Source: Gammaproteobacteria bacterium (GTDB lineage: Bacteria > Pseudomonadota > Gammaproteobacteria > UBA4575). From it: a DNA stretch of 64,000 bases. This document shows positions 19,304-29,173 of this stretch, piece after piece (position 1 is the stretch's first letter; each line of letters begins with the position of its first letter). The position numbers and the translations under genes are program-made. Below the pieces are notes generated by a model. The model was not told where the DNA came from. It saw only the letters and a list, made by a program, of their open reading frames with translations, and did no database searches. The stretch lies in assembly GCA_965243395.1 (NCBI GenBank), contig CBDEUS010000001.1:960001-1024000 (forward strand), in the 5' to 3' direction.

Positions 19304-20286
19304 ACAGCTCCGATGAAAACATAATACAAACGGCTCAACTTTGGTTTACAAAAGATAATGAACTTTTATTAGTTACGGTCGCTAATACTTGGGGCTCATC
19401 ACCAAGACCTGTTGGATCAATGATGCTTATCCGCAAAAACGGAGAATATATTGGATCAGTATCAGGTGGCTGCATTGAAGAAGATCTTGTAAAACAATAT
19501 ATCAGCAATAAAATTTCATCAAAAAAAGTCAGCTTGCTTAGCTACGGTGTTGGACAGCTAGAAGCACAACGATTTGGAATACCCTGTGGGGGTAAATTAG
19601 AGTTAGTTGTCGAGCGCTTAGATTCATTTGATAGTTTAAAGCCAGTAGAACAAACTCTATATAATAGTGATTCCATAATTAGACATGTTAGTGTCTTAAA
19701 TGGCCTCATTTCTTATAGCAACGCTAATTCCAATGAAACTACCCATTTTAACGGTACTACTTTGAATAAGGTTTTCGGCCCGCAATGGCAAATATTACTC
19801 ATTGGTGCAAACGATCTCGCTCAATCGGTTGCAAATCTTGCCACGACGCTAAATTACAAAATTATTGTCTGTGACCCGCGTGAATATATAAATTTGAATT
19901 GGATAGACGATAAGATTTCATTCACTACTGAAATGCCTGATGATGTGGTAAATGAATTAGAGCCTAAAAGCCATAGCATTGTACTGGCTCTGACTCATGA
20001 TCCGAAAATGGATGATATGGCTCTTATGTGTGCATTGGAACAAGATTTCTTTTATGTTGGTGCGATTGGCTCGAAAAAAACCCAAGCTGCGCGATTGAAA
20101 AGATTAAAACAATTAGAATTAACGGATACACAAATTAGCCATCTACATGGACCTGTTGGTCTAGATATTGGTAGTAAAGCTCCTGCGGAAATTGCAATTT
20201 CTATTTTGGCTGAAATTATTCAGCTAAGAAACATAAAGAAAGCTCCTGCAACGATTAACTTCGACAAAGTTCTTAAAACTGCTTAA
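19300..20286 (+). CDS. xdhC: XdhC/CoxI Moco-insertion chaperone
   Basis: TWGSSPRPVG, GSVSGGCIE, PCGG, THDPKMDD and GPVGLDIG..PAEIAISI. Confidence 0.92.
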   Translation: MNSSDENIIQTAQLWFTKDNELLLVTVANTWGSSPRPVGSMMLIRKNGEYIGSVSGGCIEEDLVKQYISNKISSKKVSLLSYGVGQLEAQRFGIPCGGKLELVVERLDSFDSLKPVEQTLYNSDSIIRHVSVLNGLISYSNANSNETTHFNGTTLNKVFGPQWQILLIGANDLAQSVANLATTLNYKIIVCDPREYINLNWIDDKISFTTEMPDDVVNELEPKSHSIVLALTHDPKMDDMALMCALEQDFFYVGAIGSKKTQAARLKRLKQLELTDTQISHLHGPVGLDIGSKAPAEIAISILAEIIQLRNIKKAPATINFDKVLKTA

Positions 20287-20873
20287 TGGCAATCGAAATA
20301 TGTGGCGTTTTACTCGCTGCAGGTTCATCAACCAGATTTGGAAGCCAAAAGCTTCTTTATGACTTACCAAATAAAGAAACCATTCTCTCGTTATCAGCAA
20401 AAACTTTAAAACAATCGATTCAATACACTGTAGCAGTTGTTCAAGATAAAAATTCAGAAATTGCTCATATCTTAAGTAGCGAAGGCTATAAGCTAATTGA
20501 AAATTCTGCTTACCAAAATGGAATCGGAAGCAGTATAAGTTGTGCAGTAAAGTCGACACAGCCTAATGCGTGGGTGTTTGCCCTCGCGGACATGCCATTC
20601 ATTAGCAAAAATACTATAGATGCAGTGGTGCAGAACCTATCATTGGATCATGAGATTGTCGCGCCCTATTTTCAAAAAATTCGAGGCCATCCTGTTGGAT
20701 TTAATTCGAGCTTTAGAGAAGACTTAGAAAAGCTAAATCAAGACTACGGAGCTAAGCAGCTCATACAAAATAATATCGACAAACTAAAAGGTATCGAAAC
20801 AGAAGATCATGGAGTGATAACAGATATCGATACTAAACTAGATTTAGATTTTTTAATTAATAAACATATTTAA
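20286..20873 (+). CDS. mocA: MocA-like molybdenum cofactor cytidylyltransferase
   Basis: LLAAGSSTRFG..KLL, LADMP, GHPV and DIDT; adjacent to xdhC. Confidence 0.8.
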   Translation: MAIEICGVLLAAGSSTRFGSQKLLYDLPNKETILSLSAKTLKQSIQYTVAVVQDKNSEIAHILSSEGYKLIENSAYQNGIGSSISCAVKSTQPNAWVFALADMPFISKNTIDAVVQNLSLDHEIVAPYFQKIRGHPVGFNSSFREDLEKLNQDYGAKQLIQNNIDKLKGIETEDHGVITDIDTKLDLDFLINKHI

Positions 20874-20938
20874 TTTTGGGATTACACAATCTCTCACTGC
20901 AAATATTAAAATATTAAATTTGAGAACCTCAAATATAC

Positions 20939-22456
20939 ATGTCTTCTCTTATACTTATCCTTGGAGATCAACTAAATAAGAATATCTCTTGTCTTAAAAA
21001 GGCTAAAAAGCAAGAAGATATTATCCTCATGTGCGAAGTGAGCGCTGAAGCAACTTATGTGAAGCATCACAAGAAAAAAATTGTTTTGGTATTAAGCGCA
21101 ATGCGCCATTTTTCTCAAGAACTAGAAAATGCTGGCTATAAGGTTATTTATATACGACTCGATGATAGTTCGAATACTGGCTCACTAGAATCTGAAGTTC
21201 AAAGAATCGCTAAAGCAAAGAATTGCAGCAAAGTAATTATTACACATCCAGGTGAATATCGCGTTTACAAAAATTTAGATTCATTAAAAGAAAAAAATCT
21301 TAAAATTGAATGGATTGAAGATGATCGCTTCATGTGTAGCCGTAATGAATTCACTAGCTGGATAAAAGAAAGAAAGCAACCACGGATGGAAAATTTTTAC
21401 CGCTATATGAGACAAAAACACAATATTCTCATGCAAGGTAAACAACCACAGGGAAACAAATGGAATTTTGATAAAGATAACCGCAAAACCTCAAAAAATG
21501 AAACCGTACGATCAAAACCTAAAAAATTTAAACCAGACTCAATTACCAAAGAAGTTATAAACTTAGTTGATGAAAAATTTTCTGACCATTTTGGTGATTT
21601 AGAACCATTTGAATTTGCTGTGACACGCAAACAAGCATTAATCGCTTTAAATTATTTTATAAATGAACGTTTAGTGCACTTTGGTGATTACCAAGATGCA
21701 ATGCTAGAAAATGAACCTTATATGTATCATTCGCTGCTCAGTTTCTACCTAAATATTGGTTTATTAGTTCCCGATGAAATTATCGTTAAAGCACAGAAAG
21801 CATATGAAGATGGTCACGTAGCAATTAATGCAGCAGAGGGTTTTATCAGACAAATATTAGGCTGGAGAGAGTATATTCGTGGAATTTATTGGCACAAAAT
21901 GCCTAAATATTCGAAAAATAACTTCTTCGATGCAAAAAAAGAATTGCCCGATTTTTTTTGGAGTGGAGATACAAAATTAAACTGCTTGTCTCAATGCATT
22001 AAAGAAACAAAAACCAATGCATATGCTCATCATATCCAGAGGTTAATGGTGCTTGGTAATTTTTGTTTATTAACAGGTATTCAGCCAAAGCAAGTAAACG
22101 AATGGTATTTAATAGTTTATGCAGATGCATTTGAATGGGTAGAATTACCAAATGTAACTGGAATGATTCTATTTGCCGATGGCGGATACTTGGCGAGTAA
22201 GCCATATGCGAGTGGTGGCGCATACATTAATAAAATGTCAAATTACTGCAAAACATGCCATTACAATATTAACGATAAAACAGGAGAAAAAGCCTGCCCT
22301 TTTAACTATCTATACTGGAATTTTTTAGATAGTCACCGTGAAAAATTATTTAATAATCAACGACTATCGATGGTCTATAACACACTAAATAAAATGGATT
22401 CTGAAAAGCTTTCTAATATTCGCAAAGATGCTAAATCTTTTATCCAATCAGTCTAA
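20939..22456 (+). CDS. FeS-BCP cryptochrome/(6-4) photolyase (CryB-like)
   Basis: ILGDQL, HHKKKI, WNFDKDNR, FGDYQDAM, AHHIQRLM and WVELPN; Fe-S Cys in LNC, YCKTC and ACPF. Confidence 0.92.
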   Translation: MSSLILILGDQLNKNISCLKKAKKQEDIILMCEVSAEATYVKHHKKKIVLVLSAMRHFSQELENAGYKVIYIRLDDSSNTGSLESEVQRIAKAKNCSKVIITHPGEYRVYKNLDSLKEKNLKIEWIEDDRFMCSRNEFTSWIKERKQPRMENFYRYMRQKHNILMQGKQPQGNKWNFDKDNRKTSKNETVRSKPKKFKPDSITKEVINLVDEKFSDHFGDLEPFEFAVTRKQALIALNYFINERLVHFGDYQDAMLENEPYMYHSLLSFYLNIGLLVPDEIIVKAQKAYEDGHVAINAAEGFIRQILGWREYIRGIYWHKMPKYSKNNFFDAKKELPDFFWSGDTKLNCLSQCIKETKTNAYAHHIQRLMVLGNFCLLTGIQPKQVNEWYLIVYADAFEWVELPNVTGMILFADGGYLASKPYASGGAYINKMSNYCKTCHYNINDKTGEKACPFNYLYWNFLDSHREKLFNNQRLSMVYNTLNKMDSEKLSNIRKDAKSFIQSV

Positions 22457-22555
22457 TAATACTTTATACTACAAGCATTAATGGATACTTATTAGATTAA
22501 GTCCATCAGGGTGCATAGATTCGTAGTATGAAATACACACTCCAGTTCATTGATG

Positions 22556-23263
22556 TTAAGCCATTCCTTTTATAGTAGATAACCCACCATCAAAGTTAAT
22601 AACCTGCCCTGTCATCCAGCCAGACTCATCGCTTATTAAATATTTAACCAAGTGTGCTATCTCGCAAGGTTCGCCTATACGATTTAATGGATGTCGTTTT
22701 GAAATAGCTTCAAGTTTCTTAGTGTCACTGGTAAATTTGCTAGCAAGAGGTGTATTAACTAATGATGGAGCAATAGAATTAAATCTTACTCCGGCAGAAG
22801 CATATTCAGCAGCAAGCGAACGTATCAAGCCTTCAAGCGCACCTTTTGCAGTCGCAACAGAGGAATGATAGTTCATACCTTGTCTAACCGCTACCGTACT
22901 AAATGCGACAACTGAGGCAGTACCAGATTTTTTTAAGGCTTTTATTGTAGCTTTAATCGTATTGGTGAAACCTATTACATTAATTTTAAAGTCTTTTTCA
23001 AAATCATCATTATTCAAACTAGTAAACGGTTTTAATTTAATGCTTCCAGGACAATAAATAACACTGTGTAGTTCATGAGGCAAAAACGAATAATCTAATC
23101 CTGTCTTGCAAACATCTCCTGTAAAATAATCTACATTTTCAATGGGTGTATTAATATTCCCGCTTCTAGTTAATGAGTATATTTGACTATCTTTAGCAAG
23201 CGCATCGACACATGCGGAGCCTATTCCGCTATTACCACCAACAATCAATATATTTTTCTTCAT
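22556..23263 (-). CDS. Short-chain dehydrogenase/reductase
   Basis: GGNSGIG Rossmann motif, HSSVATAKG atypical active site, and HPLxRIG. Confidence 0.88.
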   Translation of the reverse strand: MKKNILIVGGNSGIGSACVDALAKDSQIYSLTRSGNINTPIENVDYFTGDVCKTGLDYSFLPHELHSVIYCPGSIKLKPFTSLNNDDFEKDFKINVIGFTNTIKATIKALKKSGTASVVAFSTVAVRQGMNYHSSVATAKGALEGLIRSLAAEYASAGVRFNSIAPSLVNTPLASKFTSDTKKLEAISKRHPLNRIGEPCEIAHLVKYLISDESGWMTGQVINFDGGLSTIKGMA

Positions 23264-23545
23264 TTACAACACATTTCATTGTTTACATGATTGTATTTTA
23301 TTCTATTGTTGATGAGTCACCGAATTACTGTACTGTATGTCTGTTTCTTAGCATGCAATGCAACTATCTTTCCACGACTGCCAATAGCTGACTTTAAAAG
23401 CAGTATGCGTTTTTTTCGATATCAATCTAAGAAATAATCTTATAATCAAATATAATTAAGTTAATTATTGAATTTTTCTGAATTGCCCTCATCTAATAAA
23501 TATGAATATTTTGGTTGATTTGGTTACAATATAAAGGAAGATTTT

Positions 23546-23749
23546 ATGGAACTCTTACTACCAATAATGATGACAGTTGTGTCAACTTTATTGGTCTATC
23601 GAATCGCTATAGAAAAAGGTCTAAACGTCAAGCTCTGGGTAATCTTGGCAATTATCTTTGGTTTACTTGTGCTACCTTTTGTTTTCTTTGCTAAAAATAA
23701 TCTTAAAGAAACTATCGATAACAAACGCGGTGATTTTCTTGAAGCGTAA
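23546..23749 (+). CDS. Small two-TM membrane protein
   Basis: 67 aa with two hydrophobic segments (IAxxKG...W..L..IFG); AGGA SD. Confidence 0.65.
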   Translation: MELLLPIMMTVVSTLLVYRIAIEKGLNVKLWVILAIIFGLLVLPFVFFAKNNLKETIDNKRGDFLEA

Positions 23750-23852
23750 TATTTAGTTTGTCTTGCACTCAAATATTTCGATAGTAGAATTAAATTATTA
23801 CTTATTTAAATATAGCCATTATCATATTTTTAGGAAATCATAAATTTAACAA

Positions 23853-24905
23853 ATGACACTGTTGTTATTATATTTAATAACTGCGATTGGTGTCTCTTTT
23901 TTCTGCTCAATCGCTGAAGCAGTATTGCTTTCAGTTAGACCTTCTTACATAACCGCGCTTCAGCAAAAGAATAAAAAAAGCGGTGATAAGTTAAAAGTAT
24001 TACAAGATAATCTTGATCGCCCCTTAGCTGCTATCCTCACAGCTAATACTATTGCACACACTGTTGGTGCCGCAGGTGTAGGAGCACAGGCAACTATTCT
24101 ATTTGGCAGCGGATATCTTGGGATAACTTCAGCTATCTTAACTTTTTTAATTTTAGTTTTTTCAGAAATTATCCCAAAAACTCTGGGCGCAACTTATTGG
24201 AAAGAACTTGCCCCTACTATGTCAACATTAATTACGTGGCTGACAAAACTACTGTCACCACTTGTTTGGATGACTGAGAAATTAACGAGAATATTATCGC
24301 GCTCTGATGACAGCGTCTTTACATTTAGTCGAGATGAGATGATTGCAATGGCTCAAATAGGAAAAGAAGAAGGTGTGCTTGACTTAAAAGAACATAAAAT
24401 TATCTCTAATCTTATGAAATTACATCGCTTATCAGTTCGCGATATTATGACCCCGAATTTGGTTATTTTCTCGGTCCAACAGAAACTGACCGTTGAAGAT
24501 TTTTTTGAAGCTCACAATGAATGCCCTTTTTCTCGTATACCTATATACGATGAAAATACTGATGATATTAAAGGCTATGTCTTGAAAAATGATTTGCTAA
24601 TTGCATTAGCAAATAAGAATTTTAATAAACAACTTTTAGAGTTCAAACGAGATATCCATGCAGTTTCAGATAAGATGATGGCATCAAACTTATTTGATTA
24701 TCTCATGCTAAAGAAAAGTCATATTACTCTTGTTGTTAACGAGTATGGTTCAATCCAGGGTTTAGTAACATTAGAAGATGTTGTTGAAACTTTAATTGGA
24801 TTGGAAATTGTAGATGAGTCAGACACGATAGAGGATATGCGTGATGTGGCTAAAAAACTATGGAATAAGCGTATGACTTCTTTTGGAATTGATCCATCTC
24901 TCTAG
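23853..24905 (+). CDS. CNNM/DUF21-CBS domain membrane protein (hemolysin/CorB family)
   Basis: SFFCSIAEAVLLS, SEIIPKTLG, DIMTP, FSRIP and GLVTLEDVVE. Confidence 0.92.
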   Translation: MTLLLLYLITAIGVSFFCSIAEAVLLSVRPSYITALQQKNKKSGDKLKVLQDNLDRPLAAILTANTIAHTVGAAGVGAQATILFGSGYLGITSAILTFLILVFSEIIPKTLGATYWKELAPTMSTLITWLTKLLSPLVWMTEKLTRILSRSDDSVFTFSRDEMIAMAQIGKEEGVLDLKEHKIISNLMKLHRLSVRDIMTPNLVIFSVQQKLTVEDFFEAHNECPFSRIPIYDENTDDIKGYVLKNDLLIALANKNFNKQLLEFKRDIHAVSDKMMASNLFDYLMLKKSHITLVVNEYGSIQGLVTLEDVVETLIGLEIVDESDTIEDMRDVAKKLWNKRMTSFGIDPSL

Positions 24906-24908
24906 TCA

Positions 24909-26330
24909 TTACTTTGTATTTCGAATAGCTTGATAAGCTTCTAAAGCACGTTCACGAGAATTTTTAATGTCTACAATGGGAGTTGGATAGTGCTCACCCA
25001 AAATGATACCCGCATCGAGTAATACATCATTTGGTGCTTCCCAAGGACTAAATAGATATTTATTGGCGAGGCTTTTCAGTTCTGGAACAAACTTGCGTGT
25101 ATAGACACCGTCAGGATCAAACTTATGGCCCTGGGTTACTGGATTGAAAATTCTAAAATAAGGTGCGGCATCTGCACCACAACCCGCAACCCACTGCCAA
25201 CTGGCACTGTTATTCGCAAGATCTGCATCAACAAGGCAATCCCAAAACCAACGTTCACCATGATGCCAATGCAGCAGTAAATTCTTGACTAGAAAAGATC
25301 CAACAACCATTCGAACTCGGTTATGCATATAACCTGTCTGCCATAATTCTCGCATGCCAGCATCTACCAAGGGATAACCTGTTTTCCCTTGCTGCCATCG
25401 TTCAAGAATCTCTTGCTCTTCTATCCATGGAAATTTATCAAACTTAGGTTGCAAATTCTTATATGGTAACTCAGGAAAATGATAAAGAAGACTATGAGAA
25501 AATTCTCGCCATCCTAATTCGCTTTGAAAGTGATCCAGATTGTCACTACTTTCCAATGATTTTGTTGCAGACCAAATTTGATTAGGAGAAATTTCACCAA
25601 AATGTAGATGAGGTGATAAACGCGACGTGTAAGCCTCAGCAGGAAAATTACGACCCTCTTTATATTTATTTAAGGCATTCTTTAAAAATTTTTTTAATTT
25701 ATGCTGCGCAGGTTTTTCACCTATTTTCCAATGAGGTTCCAATTGATGATCCCAACGAATCTTGGGTAATAAATCCAAATCTTCGATAGTTTGACCAGAA
25801 TCAGTGATATCTAATAGCTCTAACTTTTTTGGTTTAGGTAATGGCTCACGTGGTGTGGTCGCATTCAAACATCCTTTGCGATAATAAGGTGTAAATACTT
25901 TGTAAGGCGTACCATCTTGTTTTAATACTTCCCATGGCTCCCAAAGCAAAGATCCATTGAAACTGTTAGCTTCAGTGTTATGCGCTTGGAGTGCTTTTTT
26001 TATCTGTTTATCTCTGTCTATCTGCCAAGGTTCATAACACCGGTTCCAATATACTGCATTAACATTATGTTCTTCGATCAAATCTATTAGAACTTTCTTT
26101 GGGTCACCTATTTGTATACAAAGTTTATTCTTTAAGGAATTTTTTAAATCTGATAATGAATGATAAAGCCACCATTGACTGGCTGCGCCGAGTTGATGAT
26201 CATTAGGGTTCTTATCATCAAAAACGTAAACAGGTAGAACAGTGCCTTGTTCAGCTGCTGCACTTAAAGATGGATTATCAGCTAATCGCAAGTCCTGTCT
26301 GAACCAATGAATTACTATATTTTTTGACAT
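24909..26330 (-). CDS. phrB: CPD DNA photolyase
   Basis: WFRQDLRLADNP, SRLSPHLHFGEIS, GKTGYPLVDAGMRELWQTGYMHNRVRM and YFRIFNP. Confidence 0.95.
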   Translation of the reverse strand: MSKNIVIHWFRQDLRLADNPSLSAAAEQGTVLPVYVFDDKNPNDHQLGAASQWWLYHSLSDLKNSLKNKLCIQIGDPKKVLIDLIEEHNVNAVYWNRCYEPWQIDRDKQIKKALQAHNTEANSFNGSLLWEPWEVLKQDGTPYKVFTPYYRKGCLNATTPREPLPKPKKLELLDITDSGQTIEDLDLLPKIRWDHQLEPHWKIGEKPAQHKLKKFLKNALNKYKEGRNFPAEAYTSRLSPHLHFGEISPNQIWSATKSLESSDNLDHFQSELGWREFSHSLLYHFPELPYKNLQPKFDKFPWIEEQEILERWQQGKTGYPLVDAGMRELWQTGYMHNRVRMVVGSFLVKNLLLHWHHGERWFWDCLVDADLANNSASWQWVAGCGADAAPYFRIFNPVTQGHKFDPDGVYTRKFVPELKSLANKYLFSPWEAPNDVLLDAGIILGEHYPTPIVDIKNSRERALEAYQAIRNTK

Positions 26331-26427
26331 TTAATTTATCTATATTACATGATCACTATGATTGATACTAAACATCAAAACTTCTGATTGTTTATATAGA
26401 ATTAAGATAAGGCCTGTAACAACTAAC

Positions 26428-27822
26428 TTATAAATAAATAAGATCACAAGATTTATTATTTCTTAAATATTTAACTAAGATTTTATAAGTATCTAAATCA
26501 AACATTAATTCTTCTTTATCAAAAAGACTCAACTGATCTAGTTGTGCTTCATCATGTGCTGTGCCTAAATAACACCAGTTCTCGAATATATGTATATCTG
26601 TGTAATGTCTGTTTAGCGAAACTTCTCGGATACCTATCCTTCCATCAAATGGCCATGTCTTGTTTTTTAGCGGTTGAAGAGCTTGCATCAAACGAAATTG
26701 ATGTTGCAGCAAAGGCTCTTCACCTACGCAGGCACCCTTACAGTTCTTTAACTGATATGCAAAACAGACGCCCTTCCCTTTTTCAATACCAATTAATTTT
26801 TCACATAGTTGATGTTCTTTTGCCAGTTTACGAAGTATGTCTTTTGCCTTCTTGTTAGTTTTAAACAACCCATAGTGATTTGATATAGAAGTAGGATCAA
26901 GCGAATCTGCACTAATTATTTTTGGTATTGATTCACTTTTAGAGTTATCCCACTGTATTGTAGAAAGGCTGTCGTATCTCCTGAGTCGATGGTTATATAT
27001 AGGAAGACGTTTTTTTATCAATCTTGCTTCTTGTAACAGTGCCCCCAATTCTCCTGCCGTCTCTATATGTTCAATTGCTGCGAGATTCTGACTTATTTTC
27101 ATCTCCTTGGCTGCGAGATGGTCACTTGAAAAATGTGATAAAACACGGTCTCGTATATTAATACTTTTCCCTATATATAAAGGAGCACCACGTTTATCAT
27201 AAAACATATATACTCCTGGGCTTTCTGGTAGTTCATCAATATCATCTTCATTAATACCAGCGGGCATACTAGGACGTTTAAGTAGTTTTTTGATTACATC
27301 ATCTACTTGCTCCGGTTCAAGTGTTGTATACAGTTGCTGCATAAATTCAAACAACACTCTTGCATCCCCCATTGCACGATGTCGTGCACTGCAATGCAAA
27401 CCATGCCGCTCCATGATGCTGTCGAGGTTATGTCTTTTATACTCAGGAAATAAGTTACGTGAAAGTTTTACAGTGCAAAGTACTGGTGCACGAAATGTTT
27501 TAGAACAACGCTTGAACTCATTTTTTAAAAATCCGTAATCAAAACGCGCATTGTGTGCTACAAACACACTGTCAGACAAACGCTCATAAACCTCATTATT
27601 TATTTCTTCAAAGGGTGGCAGGTCTCTAACCATTCCATCACTGATACCTGTTAGGCTTTGAATATAATCTGGAATATATGCTAGTGGATTTACTAACGTG
27701 CTCCACTCTGAAACAATCTCGCCTTCTCGCATGGAAATTATCGCAATTTCAGTAATACGATCACGATTGGCATTACCGCCAGTGGTTTCTATATCTACAA
27801 AAACGGTGTCTTTCTCAAACAT
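26428..27822 (-). CDS. DnaQ-like DEDDh exonuclease fused to a Cho/UvrC-like GIY-YIG endonuclease
   Basis: VDIETTG, AHNARFD and HRAMGDA (exonuclease); PGVY..LYIGKSINIRDRVLSHF (GIY-YIG); Cys cluster; QLSLF near the C-terminus. Confidence 0.9.
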   Translation of the reverse strand: MFEKDTVFVDIETTGGNANRDRITEIAIISMREGEIVSEWSTLVNPLAYIPDYIQSLTGISDGMVRDLPPFEEINNEVYERLSDSVFVAHNARFDYGFLKNEFKRCSKTFRAPVLCTVKLSRNLFPEYKRHNLDSIMERHGLHCSARHRAMGDARVLFEFMQQLYTTLEPEQVDDVIKKLLKRPSMPAGINEDDIDELPESPGVYMFYDKRGAPLYIGKSINIRDRVLSHFSSDHLAAKEMKISQNLAAIEHIETAGELGALLQEARLIKKRLPIYNHRLRRYDSLSTIQWDNSKSESIPKIISADSLDPTSISNHYGLFKTNKKAKDILRKLAKEHQLCEKLIGIEKGKGVCFAYQLKNCKGACVGEEPLLQHQFRLMQALQPLKNKTWPFDGRIGIREVSLNRHYTDIHIFENWCYLGTAHDEAQLDQLSLFDKEELMFDLDTYKILVKYLRNNKSCDLIYL

Positions 27823-28021
27823 AAATCACAGCTGAAATTTAAACCGTATAATTCTCTAATCTGGGCAGAGAAGCAAGATTCAGCAATTAAGGTATTTTAG
27901 AGCTTGGGAATTTTTGAAATTTAGTGGAATCTTACCTAGTTATTCCACATTGTTGGTATTTTTTGTCTAGTACACATAAGCTTTGCAATAGTAAATACAC
28001 TGAACACAAAAAGGAGGAATA

Positions 28022-28432
28022 ATGACACCAGAACAAAAAACATTAGTGAAAGACTCATGGGCAAAAGTTTTACCTATAAGTGAAGCAGCTGCGGAAATGT
28101 TTTATAACCGCTTATTTGAAACCTATCCTGAAGTGAAACCTTATTTTAAAGGGGATATGAAAGAACAAGGTAAAAAACTAATGCAAATGATCACACTTGC
28201 TGTAAATGGCTTGGATAACCTTGAACCCTTAATTGAACCTATAAAAGAATTAGGTAATAAGCATGTAAGTTACGGTGTGAAAGCAGAAGATTATGACAAA
28301 GTGGGTGCCACCCTACTTTGGACATTGGAACAGGGACTTCAAGCAGACTTTACCCCAGAAGTTAAAGAAGCATGGACCATTACATACACAGCTGTTGCAG
28401 ATGTAATGAAATCGGGGGCAAATTATAACTAA
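28022..28432 (+). CDS. Single-domain globin (flavohemoglobin-like globin domain)
   Basis: FYNRLF..YP....F, QGKKLM, proximal His in KHVSYGV, and AW; AGGAGG SD. Confidence 0.92.
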   Translation: MTPEQKTLVKDSWAKVLPISEAAAEMFYNRLFETYPEVKPYFKGDMKEQGKKLMQMITLAVNGLDNLEPLIEPIKELGNKHVSYGVKAEDYDKVGATLLWTLEQGLQADFTPEVKEAWTITYTAVADVMKSGANYN

Positions 28433-28477
28433 TTGGTTGATTTAAGACGGACTAGAGAAAGGGCAATAGAAGTTTAA

Positions 28478-28553
28478 TGGAGCGGGAAACGAGGTTCGAA
28501 CTCGCGACCTCAACCTTGGCAAGGTTGCGCTCTACCAGCTGAGCTATTCCCGC
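28478..28553 (-). tRNA. tRNA-Gly(GCC)
   Basis: GCGGGAATAGCTCAGCTGGTAGAGCGCAACCTTGCCAAGGTTGAGGTCGCGAGTTCGAACCTCGTTTCCCGCTCCA. Confidence 0.98.
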
Positions 28554-28567
28554 TTTAAGACGAGCTT

Positions 28568-28595
28568 ATTCTATTCGACCATTCAATTGAGTCAA
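28568..28595 (-). promoter_or_regulatory. Sigma70 promoter for tRNA-Gly
   Basis: TTGACT-16 bp-TAGAAT on the minus strand. Confidence 0.65.
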
Positions 28596-28612
28596 TGTGC
28601 TTAAATGGCTAA

Positions 28613-29167
28613 TTACCCAAACGCTTGAATGGCCCTCCTGAAGTATACAAACATCGACCACAGCGTAAGGGCTGCAGCAAGATATAACAGCCAAACACCA
28701 ACTTCAAACGTAGGAAATCCGAATATTGGATAGCGATATAGCAGTAAAAATAGTGAAAGCATTTGAGCCGTAGTCTTTATTTTACCCAGCATTGAAACCG
28801 AAACCGTAGATCTGTAACCCAGTTCGGACATCCATTCTCGCAGTCCGGAAACAGCAATTTCTCGGCCAATGATAATTAAAGCGGGAATAAGAATGGAAAG
28901 CTTGCCAAACTCATCCGCAATCATTACCAAAACGGTCACAACAATAAGCTTATCGGCAATGGGATCTAAAAAAGTACCCAATTTTGAAGTTTGATTAAGT
29001 TTTCGAGCCAGATAACCATCCAACCAATCCGTTAAACAAGCGAGGCCGAACAACAATGCCGCAAGACGCATACCAATTACATTGGCCGGAAAATAATACA
29101 CAAACACCAGGAGTGGTATTATTAAAATCCTTATAAATGTTAGGAGGTTAGGAATATTATATGTCAT
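28613..29167 (-). CDS. pgsA: CDP-diacylglycerol--glycerol-3-phosphate 3-phosphatidyltransferase
   Basis: NIPNLLT, DWLDGYLAR...G.FLDPIADK and GKIKT. Confidence 0.96.
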   Translation of the reverse strand: MTYNIPNLLTFIRILIIPLLVFVYYFPANVIGMRLAALLFGLACLTDWLDGYLARKLNQTSKLGTFLDPIADKLIVVTVLVMIADEFGKLSILIPALIIIGREIAVSGLREWMSELGYRSTVSVSMLGKIKTTAQMLSLFLLLYRYPIFGFPTFEVGVWLLYLAAALTLWSMFVYFRRAIQAFG

Positions 29168-29173
29168 TTTAGT

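Noticed and set aside
23264-23340. CarH/LitR-type direct repeats near the photolyase genes
   Set aside because: The ACA-containing repeats are 12 bp apart rather than 11, and no such regulator is in the window
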